DNA of 64,000 nt from Gemmatimonadota bacterium. GTDB taxonomy: Bacteria; Gemmatimonadota; Gemmatimonadetes; Palauibacterales; KS3-K002. Under the pieces are notes generated by a model. It saw only the letters and a list, made by a program, of their open reading frames with translations, did not search any database and had not been told where the DNA came from. Location: positions 1-64,000 of the forward strand of contig JBDHJS010000013.1 in the NCBI GenBank assembly GCA_039586795.1, in the 5' to 3' direction. Below, in pieces: positions 10,441-19,941 of the stretch (its first letter is position 1; each line of letters opens with the position of its first letter). A program made the position numbers and the translations under genes.

Positions 10441-11196
10441 ATGGCAGGAGTTGAGGGACGGGTGGCGCTCGTCACGGGCGCCGGCCGCGGAATCGGGCGC
10501 GCCACCGCGGAGCTGCTCGCGGAGCGAGGCGCACGCGTGATGGGCGCAGCACGCAGCGAAGGCGAGCTTGCCGCACTGGGTCTCGAGTACGCGGTGGCGG
10601 ACTTGGGCACACCGGAAGGCTGCGCGTTGGCGGTCGCCGAGACCGAGCGGCGGCTGGGGCCTGTCGAGATCCTCGCCTGCAACCATGGCATCGGTTCAGC
10701 CCACGAGCGACTAGTCTGGGAGCAGGATCCCGACATCTGGGACGAAACGATGCGGATCAACCTGGACGGCCCGTTTCACCTCTCCCGGTTGGTGTTGCCG
10801 AGCATGGTCGAGCGCCGCTACGGGCGCCTCGTGTACACCAGCTCCACATCCGGCCTCGTGGCCGAGTACGCTGGCAGCGCGTACACCAGCTCTAAGCACG
10901 GGCTGCTGGGTCTGATGCGCTCGGTGGCCCAGGACGCGGGTCCGTACGGCATCACGTCCAACGCCGTGCTGCCCGGTTGGGTGCGCACCGAGATGGCCGA
11001 GCGATCGGCGCTCGCGGAGGCTGAGGAACGCGGCATAACCACCGAGCAGGTGTGGGCGGAGCGTGCGGCCCTCTACCCGCCGGGCCGCGTCGCCACACCG
11101 CAGGAGGTGGCTGAGACGATCGGCTATCTCGCGTCCGAAGAGTCGAGCGGTGTCAGCGGCGAGGCCATCGTGGTGGCGCTCGGGAGTCTGGCGTAG
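10441..11196 (+). CDS. Short-chain dehydrogenase/reductase
   Basis: TGAGRGIG, YTSSK, PGWVRT; GGAGG upstream. Confidence 0.93.
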   Translation: MAGVEGRVALVTGAGRGIGRATAELLAERGARVMGAARSEGELAALGLEYAVADLGTPEGCALAVAETERRLGPVEILACNHGIGSAHERLVWEQDPDIWDETMRINLDGPFHLSRLVLPSMVERRYGRLVYTSSTSGLVAEYAGSAYTSSKHGLLGLMRSVAQDAGPYGITSNAVLPGWVRTEMAERSALAEAEERGITTEQVWAERAALYPPGRVATPQEVAETIGYLASEESSGVSGEAIVVALGSLA

Positions 11197-11215
11197 GAGC
11201 GGCTCGCGCCTACGA

Positions 11216-11977
11216 CTAGCCGGCTACACCGCCGCCGTCCACCACCAGCGCCTCGCCGGTTACAAACGAGGAGTCGTCGGAGGCCAGAAAGAGAACCGCG
11301 CGGGCGATTTCGTCGGCGGTGCCCATCCGGCCGAGCGGGCGATCCGATCCGCCGGCCACGTAGTCCTCATACTTCATGCCGCGCTTGTCGGCATCGTCCG
11401 CTGCCATCGGCGTTTCGGTGTCACCAGGACAGACGCAGTTGACTCGGATGCCGTCGGGTCCGTGATCGATCGCCATCGCCTTGGCCATGACGACAAGACC
11501 GCCTTTGGCGGCGCAGTAGGCCGCCGCCCGGTCGCCGCCGAGGATCCCCCAGCCCGAGCTGTTGTGAATGATAGATCCGCTGCCGCGCTCGATCATTGAG
11601 GGGAGAGCGTACTTCGACATCAGGAAAGCGCCCTTCAAGCTGGAGTCGATGGTCTCGTCCCACTCCTCCTCCGTGCATTCCGGCACCGTCTTCGGATAGT
11701 AGACTCCGGCGTTGTTGAACAGCACATCGATTTGACCGAACCGCTCCAGTGTACGCTCGACGGCCCGCCGGCACTCGTCCGCGACACGCACATCGCAGCG
11801 GATGAACATCGCCTCACCGCCAGCATCGTTGATGGCCTGTGCGACCTGCTCGCCGCGCTCCCGATTGCGTCCCGTGAGCACGACGGCCGCCCCTTCCCTG
11901 GCAAACAAGTCGGCGGTGGCGCTACCGATGCCCGAGTTTCCGCCCGTGATGAGCGCAACCTTTCCCTGCAATTTCAT
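11216..11977 (-). CDS. Short-chain dehydrogenase/reductase
   Basis: TGGNSGIG, NNAG, YCAAK, VDGG; AGGAGG RBS. Confidence 0.93.
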   Translation of the reverse strand: MKLQGKVALITGGNSGIGSATADLFAREGAAVVLTGRNRERGEQVAQAINDAGGEAMFIRCDVRVADECRRAVERTLERFGQIDVLFNNAGVYYPKTVPECTEEEWDETIDSSLKGAFLMSKYALPSMIERGSGSIIHNSSGWGILGGDRAAAYCAAKGGLVVMAKAMAIDHGPDGIRVNCVCPGDTETPMAADDADKRGMKYEDYVAGGSDRPLGRMGTADEIARAVLFLASDDSSFVTGEALVVDGGGVAG

Positions 11978-12040
11978 CCGGATCGTCCTCCTGCGGTGGT
12001 TTCGTGTCGCTCGACGCGTTGGGCGTCTTGCCGGAATTCT

Positions 12041-12805
12041 CTACTCGTGGGTCCACTGGCTGCACAGACCACCCGTCGTTTCCGCGCCGTCCATCACGTA
12101 AACTTGGCCGGTCGCGAAGCCGGCGTCGTCGGAGGCCAGAAAGGCGAACAACGCCGCGATCTCCTCGGGCCTGGCGTGCCGGCCCAACGGGATCTTGCGA
12201 TTGACAGCATCGAGCATGGCATCACTGTACTCAGCGTGCTGCATCGGCGTCAGCACGTAACCAGGGGAAACTGCGTTGACGCGGACGTCAGGCGCGAGCT
12301 CGAGAGCCATCGCCAGAGTCAGCGCGATCACGCCGCCTTTACTGGCTGAGTAGTCGGCATAGTGCGGGTAGCCGGTGCTGCCGGCCGTGGAGGCGGTGTT
12401 GATTATCACTCCCGAACCTCGTGCGACCATGTGGCGAGCTGCCGCTTGCGCCACCAGGAAGACCCCCTTGAGGTTGACGTCCAGGACCTCGTCCCACTCC
12501 TCCTCCGTGATGTCAAGGAAGTCGTGCCGGATGCTGATCCCCGCATTGTTGATCACCACATCCAGCGCGCCCATGCGCTCGATCGCCTCGTCGACCGCCT
12601 TCTGCACCTGCTTGTGATCCGAGACGTCGGCATCGATCACGCCGCTGAGAGCGGGTAGCTCGCCAGCTACCCGATCGCGCGCCTCGGCGCTGCGGTCGAG
12701 CACGCAGACGGCACACCCCTCCTCCAGGAAGCGGGCCGCCGTGGCCTGCCCGATGCCGCTGGCGCCACCCGTGACCAATACGTTCTTGCCGGACAACCCT
12801 CGCAT
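12041..12805 (-). CDS. Short-chain dehydrogenase/reductase
   Basis: TGGASGIG, NNAG, YSASK, PGYVLT. Confidence 0.93.
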   Translation of the reverse strand: MRGLSGKNVLVTGGASGIGQATAARFLEEGCAVCVLDRSAEARDRVAGELPALSGVIDADVSDHKQVQKAVDEAIERMGALDVVINNAGISIRHDFLDITEEEWDEVLDVNLKGVFLVAQAAARHMVARGSGVIINTASTAGSTGYPHYADYSASKGGVIALTLAMALELAPDVRVNAVSPGYVLTPMQHAEYSDAMLDAVNRKIPLGRHARPEEIAALFAFLASDDAGFATGQVYVMDGAETTGGLCSQWTHE

Positions 12806-12889
12806 CGATGTTCTCCCGTGGATCCCGAACCTATCCCAGGCCAGCTGACGGTGACGTACCCCGACCTGCCTTGCCGAGGCAAGGTGGGA

Positions 12890-14212
12890 TCATACCAGGT
12901 TCGCCACCGCGTCCGTCGCTCTATCTATGTCGTCGAGCGTGTTATAGAAGTGCGGGGAGTAGCGCACGTTGTCTCCCATAATGGCGCAGCCGACATCCTG
13001 ATCGTATAGCGCGTTCAGCGCGTCGCCAGGGTCGAGCCCCGGAACGTGGAAGACGACGACGCCCCAGCTCATCTCGTGCGGGATCGGCGTCACGATCTTC
13101 GCGCCGGCCTGCTTCCGCTGCACGCCTTGCTTGACGGCGTCCGCGAGCTGGCGCGCCCGCGTGATGACACGAAGCGTGCCGATCTGGTTTTGAAACTCCA
13201 CGGCATCGGCCATCGCTGATATGCGGGAATCGTCTCGCTGGCCCAGCGTCTCGAACTTTCGGGCATTGTCCTGTATCCCGTCGCCCCACCCGACGCCGAC
13301 GGACAGCGGCCAGAGATCTCCGATTCGCTCCCTCCGAACGTAGAGGATGCCGACTTCCTTCGGCCCACAGAACCATTTGTGCGAGCTGGCCGTGTAGAAA
13401 TCGCAACCCATCTCGCTTAGCGCGAGGTCGTAGGTACCGAAAGTCTGTGCGCCGTCGACCAGCGTCAGGATCCCTCGCTCGCGGGCCATCGGGCAAAGCT
13501 CCTCGGCGTTGATCCTGACCCCGCTGACGTTCGAAACGTGAGAGAACGCGAGCACCCTGGTATTCGGCGTGAATGCGTCGGTGAATGCTGTGATGAGTTC
13601 TTCAGGGCTCCCGGGGTTCTCGGGCGTCGACACGCGCTTCACCGTGAACCCGTAGCGTTGCGCCCGAACGTCCCAGGCGACGTTCGCCGTCGGGTGGTTC
13701 TGGTCCCAGATCACCACTTCGTCCCCGCGCGTCAGCTGTAGGCCACCGACAACGGTGTTGTTCGCTTCGCTCGTGTTTCGGACCATGGCGATCTCGTCGA
13801 TGCTAGCCCCCACATAGGCCGCAACGGCAGTACGCGCCTCTTCCCGCTGCTCTCCGAATTTCGCTCGGTTCGTGAACGAGGCGTCAGCATCGACGTCCCG
13901 GGTCAGCTCAAACACTCGGTGCTGTACCCGCGTCGGCGACGGGCAAAGATTCGCGGCGTTGAGCATGATCAGGCCGTCCCTGACCGGGAACTGACGCTTC
14001 ACCTCGTTCCAGTACGCTTCATCCCCCGGGTCCGTCGGGTCCGTTCTCGCCGCGATGGCATCGAAGGACTCGCCGCGCCGCTCCGCGTCGGCGCACCCCA
14101 GCAAGGGCAGCGACGCGGTGGCGGCCGCGGCGCCGGCGAACTTCTTCAGGAATGACCTGCGTGGAAGGCCTGATACGTCGTCCGGAAAGTTCAGGATCGT
14201 TTTCGGATACAT
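12890..14212 (-). CDS. Tat-exported class V PLP-dependent enzyme (isopenicillin-N-epimerase-like)
   Basis: PRRSFLK twin-arginine motif then LLGC; DGAQ and SSHKW PLP-lysine motif. Confidence 0.88.
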   Translation of the reverse strand: MYPKTILNFPDDVSGLPRRSFLKKFAGAAAATASLPLLGCADAERRGESFDAIAARTDPTDPGDEAYWNEVKRQFPVRDGLIMLNAANLCPSPTRVQHRVFELTRDVDADASFTNRAKFGEQREEARTAVAAYVGASIDEIAMVRNTSEANNTVVGGLQLTRGDEVVIWDQNHPTANVAWDVRAQRYGFTVKRVSTPENPGSPEELITAFTDAFTPNTRVLAFSHVSNVSGVRINAEELCPMARERGILTLVDGAQTFGTYDLALSEMGCDFYTASSHKWFCGPKEVGILYVRRERIGDLWPLSVGVGWGDGIQDNARKFETLGQRDDSRISAMADAVEFQNQIGTLRVITRARQLADAVKQGVQRKQAGAKIVTPIPHEMSWGVVVFHVPGLDPGDALNALYDQDVGCAIMGDNVRYSPHFYNTLDDIDRATDAVANLV

Positions 14213-14239
14213 GATAACCCTCTACCGCGTGGACCTGAG

Positions 14240-16057
14240 CTAGATCGCGTCCCGCAACCGATCTTCCTCCGCGCGGAGCCAATCGAGCAACTCGCGGAAG
14301 TCGGGATGGTCGCGCAGGTCCTGCAAGAAGTCATCTCGTTCGTAATAGGGCAGGCACGGGAATCCGTTGACGGCAGCCTGGCTCAGCCATTCGACGGCGA
14401 TGTCGTGTTCACCTAGCAGTGCGTAGGCGACACCAACGTTGTATTCGATGTGATGCGCGTGGCCAAATGCGGCCCGGCCCGCCAACGCGATCTGGGCCTT
14501 CTGTTCAGCGGCGCCACCGTCACCCTCTACGGCGTAAGCGATCGCGAGCACACCGTTCAGAACCGGGTCATTCTCTCCGAATTCTCCGGAGCTTGCGGCC
14601 TCAACGAGACGCATGGCTTCATCTGTTCTGCCAAGACGGAGCAACGCCTCTGCCGCATACGGTGAAGCCCAGGTCGGAAGAGGCTCGAAGGCAACGTACG
14701 CACTGTCGAACTCCCCCCTCCACAGCAAGATCAGGCCGCGTCTGAACTGCGCGTACACGCTCAGCGGGTCTAGAGACTGCGCTATCAGCGTCTCCTCCAG
14801 AGCTTCGTCCAGCAGGCCCACGTGACTGTAGATCACCGCGAGGTCGTCGTGGGTGTCGCTCAAGTTCGGATTGAGAGCTATTGCCCGCTTCAGATCTCTT
14901 GCGGACTCGACGTGGAGGAATCCGAACAGGGATGACCACAAAACATCTCCGCGGGCGGCGTAAGCCTCCGCCAGGCCCGGATCCAGAGCGAGCGCTCTCT
15001 CGCTGGCCGCCAGCGCTTTGTGGAGCCATTCCTCAGAGCCCTCGATCGTCGTGCCCTGTTCCTCGTACACACGAGCCAGGACCGCATGCGCCAGAGCGAA
15101 ATCGGGGTCAAGTTCGATGGCCAGCTCTAGGTAGGCCATCGCCGAATCCTGGCTTTGGAGGGTGAGGTGGCGGGAGTAGGCCAGGCCGCGCAGATAAGCG
15201 TCATACGCCTGCTGGCTAGTGGTCAGCCGCTGCTCGATTCGTTCCACTTCGTCCGACGTCAGAGTTGCCTCGAGCGCCTCGGCCACTTTCAAAGCGACTT
15301 CGCTCTGCACACCCAGCAGGTTCTCGACCGTCAGCGGTCGATCGTAGCTTTCGGCCCAAACGTGCTCGTCGCTCCGAGCGTCGACGAGCTGGACGTTGAT
15401 ACGCACCGTCCCGCCCGCCCGCTGCACACCGCCTTCGAGTATGTAGCGGACGTCGAGTTCGTTTCCGATCTGCCGGAGAGTCTTCTGCGTTGCGCGGTAT
15501 TGCATAACCGAGGTGCGGCCTCTCACGCTCAAGCTGCTGATCTTGAAGAGTCGCGTGAGTATCTCGTCGTGCATACCATCGGTGAAGTACTCGTCTTCCT
15601 GAAGCCCACTCCTGTTCTCCAGCGGGAGCACCGCAACAGAGGGGCGCTCCTCGCTGACCGGTGGCGTCCCGCCCGCACCGCCGAGCACGAGCCACGCCGT
15701 CGCCACCACTCCCCAGACGGCCAGCGCAGCCATGAAGCTCAGTCCCGCATTGCGCCAGGTAAGCAGTCGCCGTTTTCGTGCTGCTGAAGAGTCGCCTTCC
15801 TCCACAGGTATGAGCGTTGGATCGGAGACGACCACATCCGGTTCGCCCTCCCGCACGAACGCTGTCGCAACCACGATCGGCAAGCCGACCAGCAACAGCA
15901 GGGCGGCAAACGCAGGGAACCACTGCGGTAGCCCGAGCCCCTCCGTCACCGTCTGTACGACCTCGAACACGAGCCACCCACCGCCGATATAGATCAGCAG
16001 CACCTGCCAGAGGCTGCGTCGATGAATTTCAGTGATCAGCTTCTTCAGACCGGACAT
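14240..16057 (-). CDS. Three-TM membrane protein with TolB-N-like and TPR domains
   Basis: EIHRRSLWQV N-terminus, three TM helices, SVAVLPLENRS domain, TPRs. Confidence 0.88.
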   Translation of the reverse strand: MSGLKKLITEIHRRSLWQVLLIYIGGGWLVFEVVQTVTEGLGLPQWFPAFAALLLLVGLPIVVATAFVREGEPDVVVSDPTLIPVEEGDSSAARKRRLLTWRNAGLSFMAALAVWGVVATAWLVLGGAGGTPPVSEERPSVAVLPLENRSGLQEDEYFTDGMHDEILTRLFKISSLSVRGRTSVMQYRATQKTLRQIGNELDVRYILEGGVQRAGGTVRINVQLVDARSDEHVWAESYDRPLTVENLLGVQSEVALKVAEALEATLTSDEVERIEQRLTTSQQAYDAYLRGLAYSRHLTLQSQDSAMAYLELAIELDPDFALAHAVLARVYEEQGTTIEGSEEWLHKALAASERALALDPGLAEAYAARGDVLWSSLFGFLHVESARDLKRAIALNPNLSDTHDDLAVIYSHVGLLDEALEETLIAQSLDPLSVYAQFRRGLILLWRGEFDSAYVAFEPLPTWASPYAAEALLRLGRTDEAMRLVEAASSGEFGENDPVLNGVLAIAYAVEGDGGAAEQKAQIALAGRAAFGHAHHIEYNVGVAYALLGEHDIAVEWLSQAAVNGFPCLPYYERDDFLQDLRDHPDFRELLDWLRAEEDRLRDAI

Positions 16058-16091
16058 GGGGCTGCATATCTGGTGACAGGATTCTTTCGGC

Positions 16092-16142
16092 TGGCAACAA
16101 GATGCTACTCAGACAAGTACCGAGCAACGAGCGGAGGAACTC
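16092..16142 (-). promoter_or_regulatory. Conserved promoter module (TTGCTC-17-CATCTT), copy 2
   Basis: 38/51 identical to 2806-2856. Confidence 0.6.
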
Positions 16143-16199
16143 GCGTTGAAGGAGCCGCCTGCGTCTGGGTGCGGGAGTCTCTTCCGTTGACCGAATCGA

Positions 16200-18161
16200 C
16201 TAGCGACCCGTTTCGGCTGTGGCGTAGTCCAGATCGAAGGTCGATACGATCAGATAATGGTCAGAGGGAAAACCAGCCGGCCATGTCGATACGATCCGCG
16301 TCGACGTGTTTGTGAGTCCTGCGCCCTTGTAGTAAAACTGGTCGATCCTGTTGCCGCTTCGGTGAGTATGCCCTGGATAGACCGCGACGTCAGGGTGTAG
16401 GCTTCGGAATGCGTCCGTAAATCCGGTGTTCAACAGCGCCAGCGAGGCCGGACTGTCTCCGTTATCCGTATGCGGGACCGCATTGAAGTCGCCGGCAAAC
16501 AAGACCGGAATGCTATCCGACTCCAGGAACCGGGTCTGGTGAAACTCGAACACCGCCGGGAACTGCCGCATGCCGTACCAGTTCGACATCACGTACATGT
16601 CCTGTGTCTCGCTGATCGCTACCTTCGCCGCGAGGTTCATGAACGGTGATTCATCCTGGACATATATCTCTTTGATCGGATAACGACTCAGCACGGAGAT
16701 GTTGGATCCCTGGTTTAGGTAATCCCAGTCAACCGTCGTCGCGAAGTAGAAGCCCAATTCCGCGGCGATGAAGTCGCCTGAAGAATACGTCTCCTGCATC
16801 ATCACTACGTCTGCGCCTTCCCTGCGGAGAATCTCGGCAATCGCGACCCTCGAATCCCAGCCGTGCTCATCTATGGAAAAGTGCTTACCGCCATGCCAGA
16901 TGTTCCAGCAGCCTGCCGTTATTGAGGTGAGCTCCCGTCCGAGTTTGGCTACAGCGGGAACGAAGTGTTCAGAATAGGCTTCCAGCACTTCCTGAGGTGA
17001 GAGCGCACGATCCCATATCGCCAGGTTGTCCATGTCAAACTCGGGCGCGTACAACCTCTCAGCTTCCCCAAATCCTCCTGCGGCGCTCCGATTCACGGTC
17101 ACCTTACCATCCTCGAGAGCGTAGATCTTCATCAGCGGTGCGACTGCCATGAAGTACAACACCTGATGCACCGTGTACGGATTGGACATCAGTGCGTCTT
17201 CCAGTTGCTCGATCGGTTCCCAATCCACCGAATCCATGGCTTCACGAAACTCGAGGCTGTCTGCGCCGAGACGTTGGATCCTTTCAGTCACCTTTTGATC
17301 GAACAAGCGACGGGGATCGACGACCAGATGAACGAACTCATCAGAGTCGATTTCATCCAGGCCAAGCCCATTGAAGGCGTCAACCAGTGCCTGCAGCTGT
17401 ACCGCACCCGTTTCAACGAGCGGGAGAACTGCCGGTTGTGGGCCGGCAGCCGCCCCATCCCACCCAACCACCATCGGATTCGGGTTCCGGAAGTCAAAGC
17501 CATCCGAGTCGCGCACGTTGTATGTAACCTTGTTGTCCCCGTCATAGAACAGACGGATTGTCGACTGTGCGCTGCTGTAGGTCATCGTCAGCTGATGCCA
17601 CCGGCCATCGTTCAGCGGCATATACTTGCCGTTGTCCCGTTCGTAGGTGATTCGCCGCTCCCCGGAACCCAGGTTCCACGCCCAGGTGCCACCCGAGAAG
17701 TAGAACACCCACCCGGGCCGTTTTTGGGAGGCGAGGCTGTTGTCGACAAACTCCTTCTGCGACAGCAGCACAAACCTCCTGTCATCATCCGTCACGGTTC
17801 TCAACCAGAACTGAACGGAGAAGTCCCGGCTGCCATCGAACGGAAGTTCTTGGTTGTCGAAGGTCAGGAATCCCGACTGATCATCATCCCCCAGACTAAG
17901 CGCCAGCCCGTCGAGGCCCCGCCCGAAAGAAACGGGCCCACCAACGATCTCCAAAGGTGAAGTGCCAGTAGCACTGCTCACCGTACCGTCAAAATCAAAT
18001 TGGACGACTGCATCTGATTCGGACTGTGGCTCGGCGGCTTGCATCGTCGCGCCCATTTGGGGAACAACGAGCGAACTTGCGTATAGGTGGAACGACTTGA
18101 CCGCCAAAAGATGGAAGCCACCAGAGAATAGGAGCGCTACTGTCAGTGTCTTACGGCCCAT
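16200..18161 (-). CDS. LamG-like plus endonuclease/exonuclease/phosphatase (EEP) protein, probably secreted
   Basis: DFSVQFW, DGRWHQL, WDRALS (LamG); WNIWHG, MQET, GDFN, RID, SDH (EEP); start uncertain. Confidence 0.82.
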   Translation of the reverse strand: MGRKTLTVALLFSGGFHLLAVKSFHLYASSLVVPQMGATMQAAEPQSESDAVVQFDFDGTVSSATGTSPLEIVGGPVSFGRGLDGLALSLGDDDQSGFLTFDNQELPFDGSRDFSVQFWLRTVTDDDRRFVLLSQKEFVDNSLASQKRPGWVFYFSGGTWAWNLGSGERRITYERDNGKYMPLNDGRWHQLTMTYSSAQSTIRLFYDGDNKVTYNVRDSDGFDFRNPNPMVVGWDGAAAGPQPAVLPLVETGAVQLQALVDAFNGLGLDEIDSDEFVHLVVDPRRLFDQKVTERIQRLGADSLEFREAMDSVDWEPIEQLEDALMSNPYTVHQVLYFMAVAPLMKIYALEDGKVTVNRSAAGGFGEAERLYAPEFDMDNLAIWDRALSPQEVLEAYSEHFVPAVAKLGRELTSITAGCWNIWHGGKHFSIDEHGWDSRVAIAEILRREGADVVMMQETYSSGDFIAAELGFYFATTVDWDYLNQGSNISVLSRYPIKEIYVQDESPFMNLAAKVAISETQDMYVMSNWYGMRQFPAVFEFHQTRFLESDSIPVLFAGDFNAVPHTDNGDSPASLALLNTGFTDAFRSLHPDVAVYPGHTHRSGNRIDQFYYKGAGLTNTSTRIVSTWPAGFPSDHYLIVSTFDLDYATAETGR

Positions 18162-18345
18162 AACCTGGATCCTGGTTCCAAGAACTTTGATCAAACGAAC
18201 GAGGAGTGGTCCTGGGAACCTAGATCTCCGGATCCACTGGGCAACTCGAGTCGACACCGAGGGCATCGTCCTGCGGAAGTTGGACGCGGAGGCGATATCA
18301 CGAAGACCGCCTCCGCATCCCAAGGGCAAGCGCCTGGAGCAGCCT

Positions 18346-19515
18346 CTACTTGATCACCTGGATGCTCCCCGCTTCGATGTCATGAAGCTCCAAACCGGTG
18401 GGCGTGTTCGCACAGGAGAAGAACTCCGCGTCGGCAGGCCACCCGATCGACTGAAGACTGATCTGGTCCGGCGGACCCCATCGCCCTGAACCATTGTCTC
18501 TGACCCTCCAACGAACGGCGTTGTCGGGAGGCTCACTGTACGGCCCAGAGGTCGCATATCCCCCGATCCAGGCCTCATCCCCTACAATGGTGATGCAGGT
18601 GACCACGCCGCGACTCGCTATGGTCCCCTCCGCATCGTCCCGATTCACGCGCACCCACGTACCATCAACCATCCCGTTTGCGTGCCGGCGCGCCGAGAAG
18701 CTGAATGTACGCCAGCCGTCGGGCTCTGGATACGTAAACGACCCGCTGCCCGCCACGGACTCGATGACGCGGCCCGGATTGCTCACCCTCGTCCGCTTGA
18801 TGCGGAACTTGCCGTGCTGGTGGTTGGTGAACGTTCGTCCGTGCGGCCTGAACGTGTTCTCGAGTTCCCAGCCATCGCGTTCAACCGACTCGTAGTAGTT
18901 GGCACGCATCTGTATGGAGGCACTGCGCTCGCGGTCATCGACCACCGCAAACGTGACAACCCCGTAATCCTTGGAGTGGAAATCTGCCAGCACCGAGAAA
19001 TCAATACCTACTTCGAACTCGCCGTGCAGAATACTGTTCTGGGTGTTGAAGCCGGCGGCGCGGCGAATCTCACCGTCCTCGACGCCCTCCGCGATGTGGA
19101 TCACGACTTCTTCGTCTTGGCACGCTTTCTCGATTCCCCACCAATTGCATTCCTCTCCTTCTCCCCACCAAAGCGGGCCGATCGTCTTGCCCGCAAAATC
19201 GTCGGACAGTTCGCCGCCATCGATATCGCCCGAGGCATAGAAGTTGTCGAAACTGGCGTCGAAGGAAGGGTAGTTGAGCCAGTTGGAGGCGACCAGCACG
19301 ACTCGTAGATCCTGCTCGAGATACGCCGCATTCCACCAGCCGTGCTCGATCCAATCACTTCCGTCCCAATAGTACGTGGTGATAATCCAGGACTCGTTTC
19401 CGATGGCGTCGATGTTCGGGGTGACCGATGTGGGCCCGGACACCGGGTCTTCCTGATTGCACGCCACCACTAGAGCTAGGGCGAGTAGTACAGAGACAAC
19501 GGGTACTCTACGCAT
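18346..19515 (-). CDS. Hypothetical beta-rich lipoprotein
   Basis: Lipobox VVAC after a hydrophobic stretch; AGGAG RBS. Confidence 0.75.
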   Translation of the reverse strand: MRRVPVVSVLLALALVVACNQEDPVSGPTSVTPNIDAIGNESWIITTYYWDGSDWIEHGWWNAAYLEQDLRVVLVASNWLNYPSFDASFDNFYASGDIDGGELSDDFAGKTIGPLWWGEGEECNWWGIEKACQDEEVVIHIAEGVEDGEIRRAAGFNTQNSILHGEFEVGIDFSVLADFHSKDYGVVTFAVVDDRERSASIQMRANYYESVERDGWELENTFRPHGRTFTNHQHGKFRIKRTRVSNPGRVIESVAGSGSFTYPEPDGWRTFSFSARRHANGMVDGTWVRVNRDDAEGTIASRGVVTCITIVGDEAWIGGYATSGPYSEPPDNAVRWRVRDNGSGRWGPPDQISLQSIGWPADAEFFSCANTPTGLELHDIEAGSIQVIK

Positions 19516-19941
19516 TTGACAGCGCTCCTGCCGATAGCACCCAGGAGTCATGGTGCTCTTTGCTCGGCCTTAGTTACAGAGTCTCAAACAATCCCGACAC
19601 GACCGCCCTTACTCTCGGAGGCGGAGCGCGATCCCAGACCGCGTATCCCTTGAATTCTTGGACATGAAAAGAAGAACAACTACTGGAGTGCGGACCCAAC
19701 CAGAATCTGCGGAAGCCACCTACAGCCGATACTACCAAAAGAGATCCTCTGTCTGTCAGCGAAACGATCGTGCCGACTATCGTGCTTTCAGAAGAGTCTA
19801 CTCAAATATCGCTGAAAGTGATTGAAGGTAGTGTGAAGTTGTGAGAGGTCAATCGATCGGTACCCGAAGAACCCTACCAATAATCGCTATTCGTTTTCCG
19901 TGTGAGACCCCCAACCGCGACGGCAACGGAAGACCTGCTCA

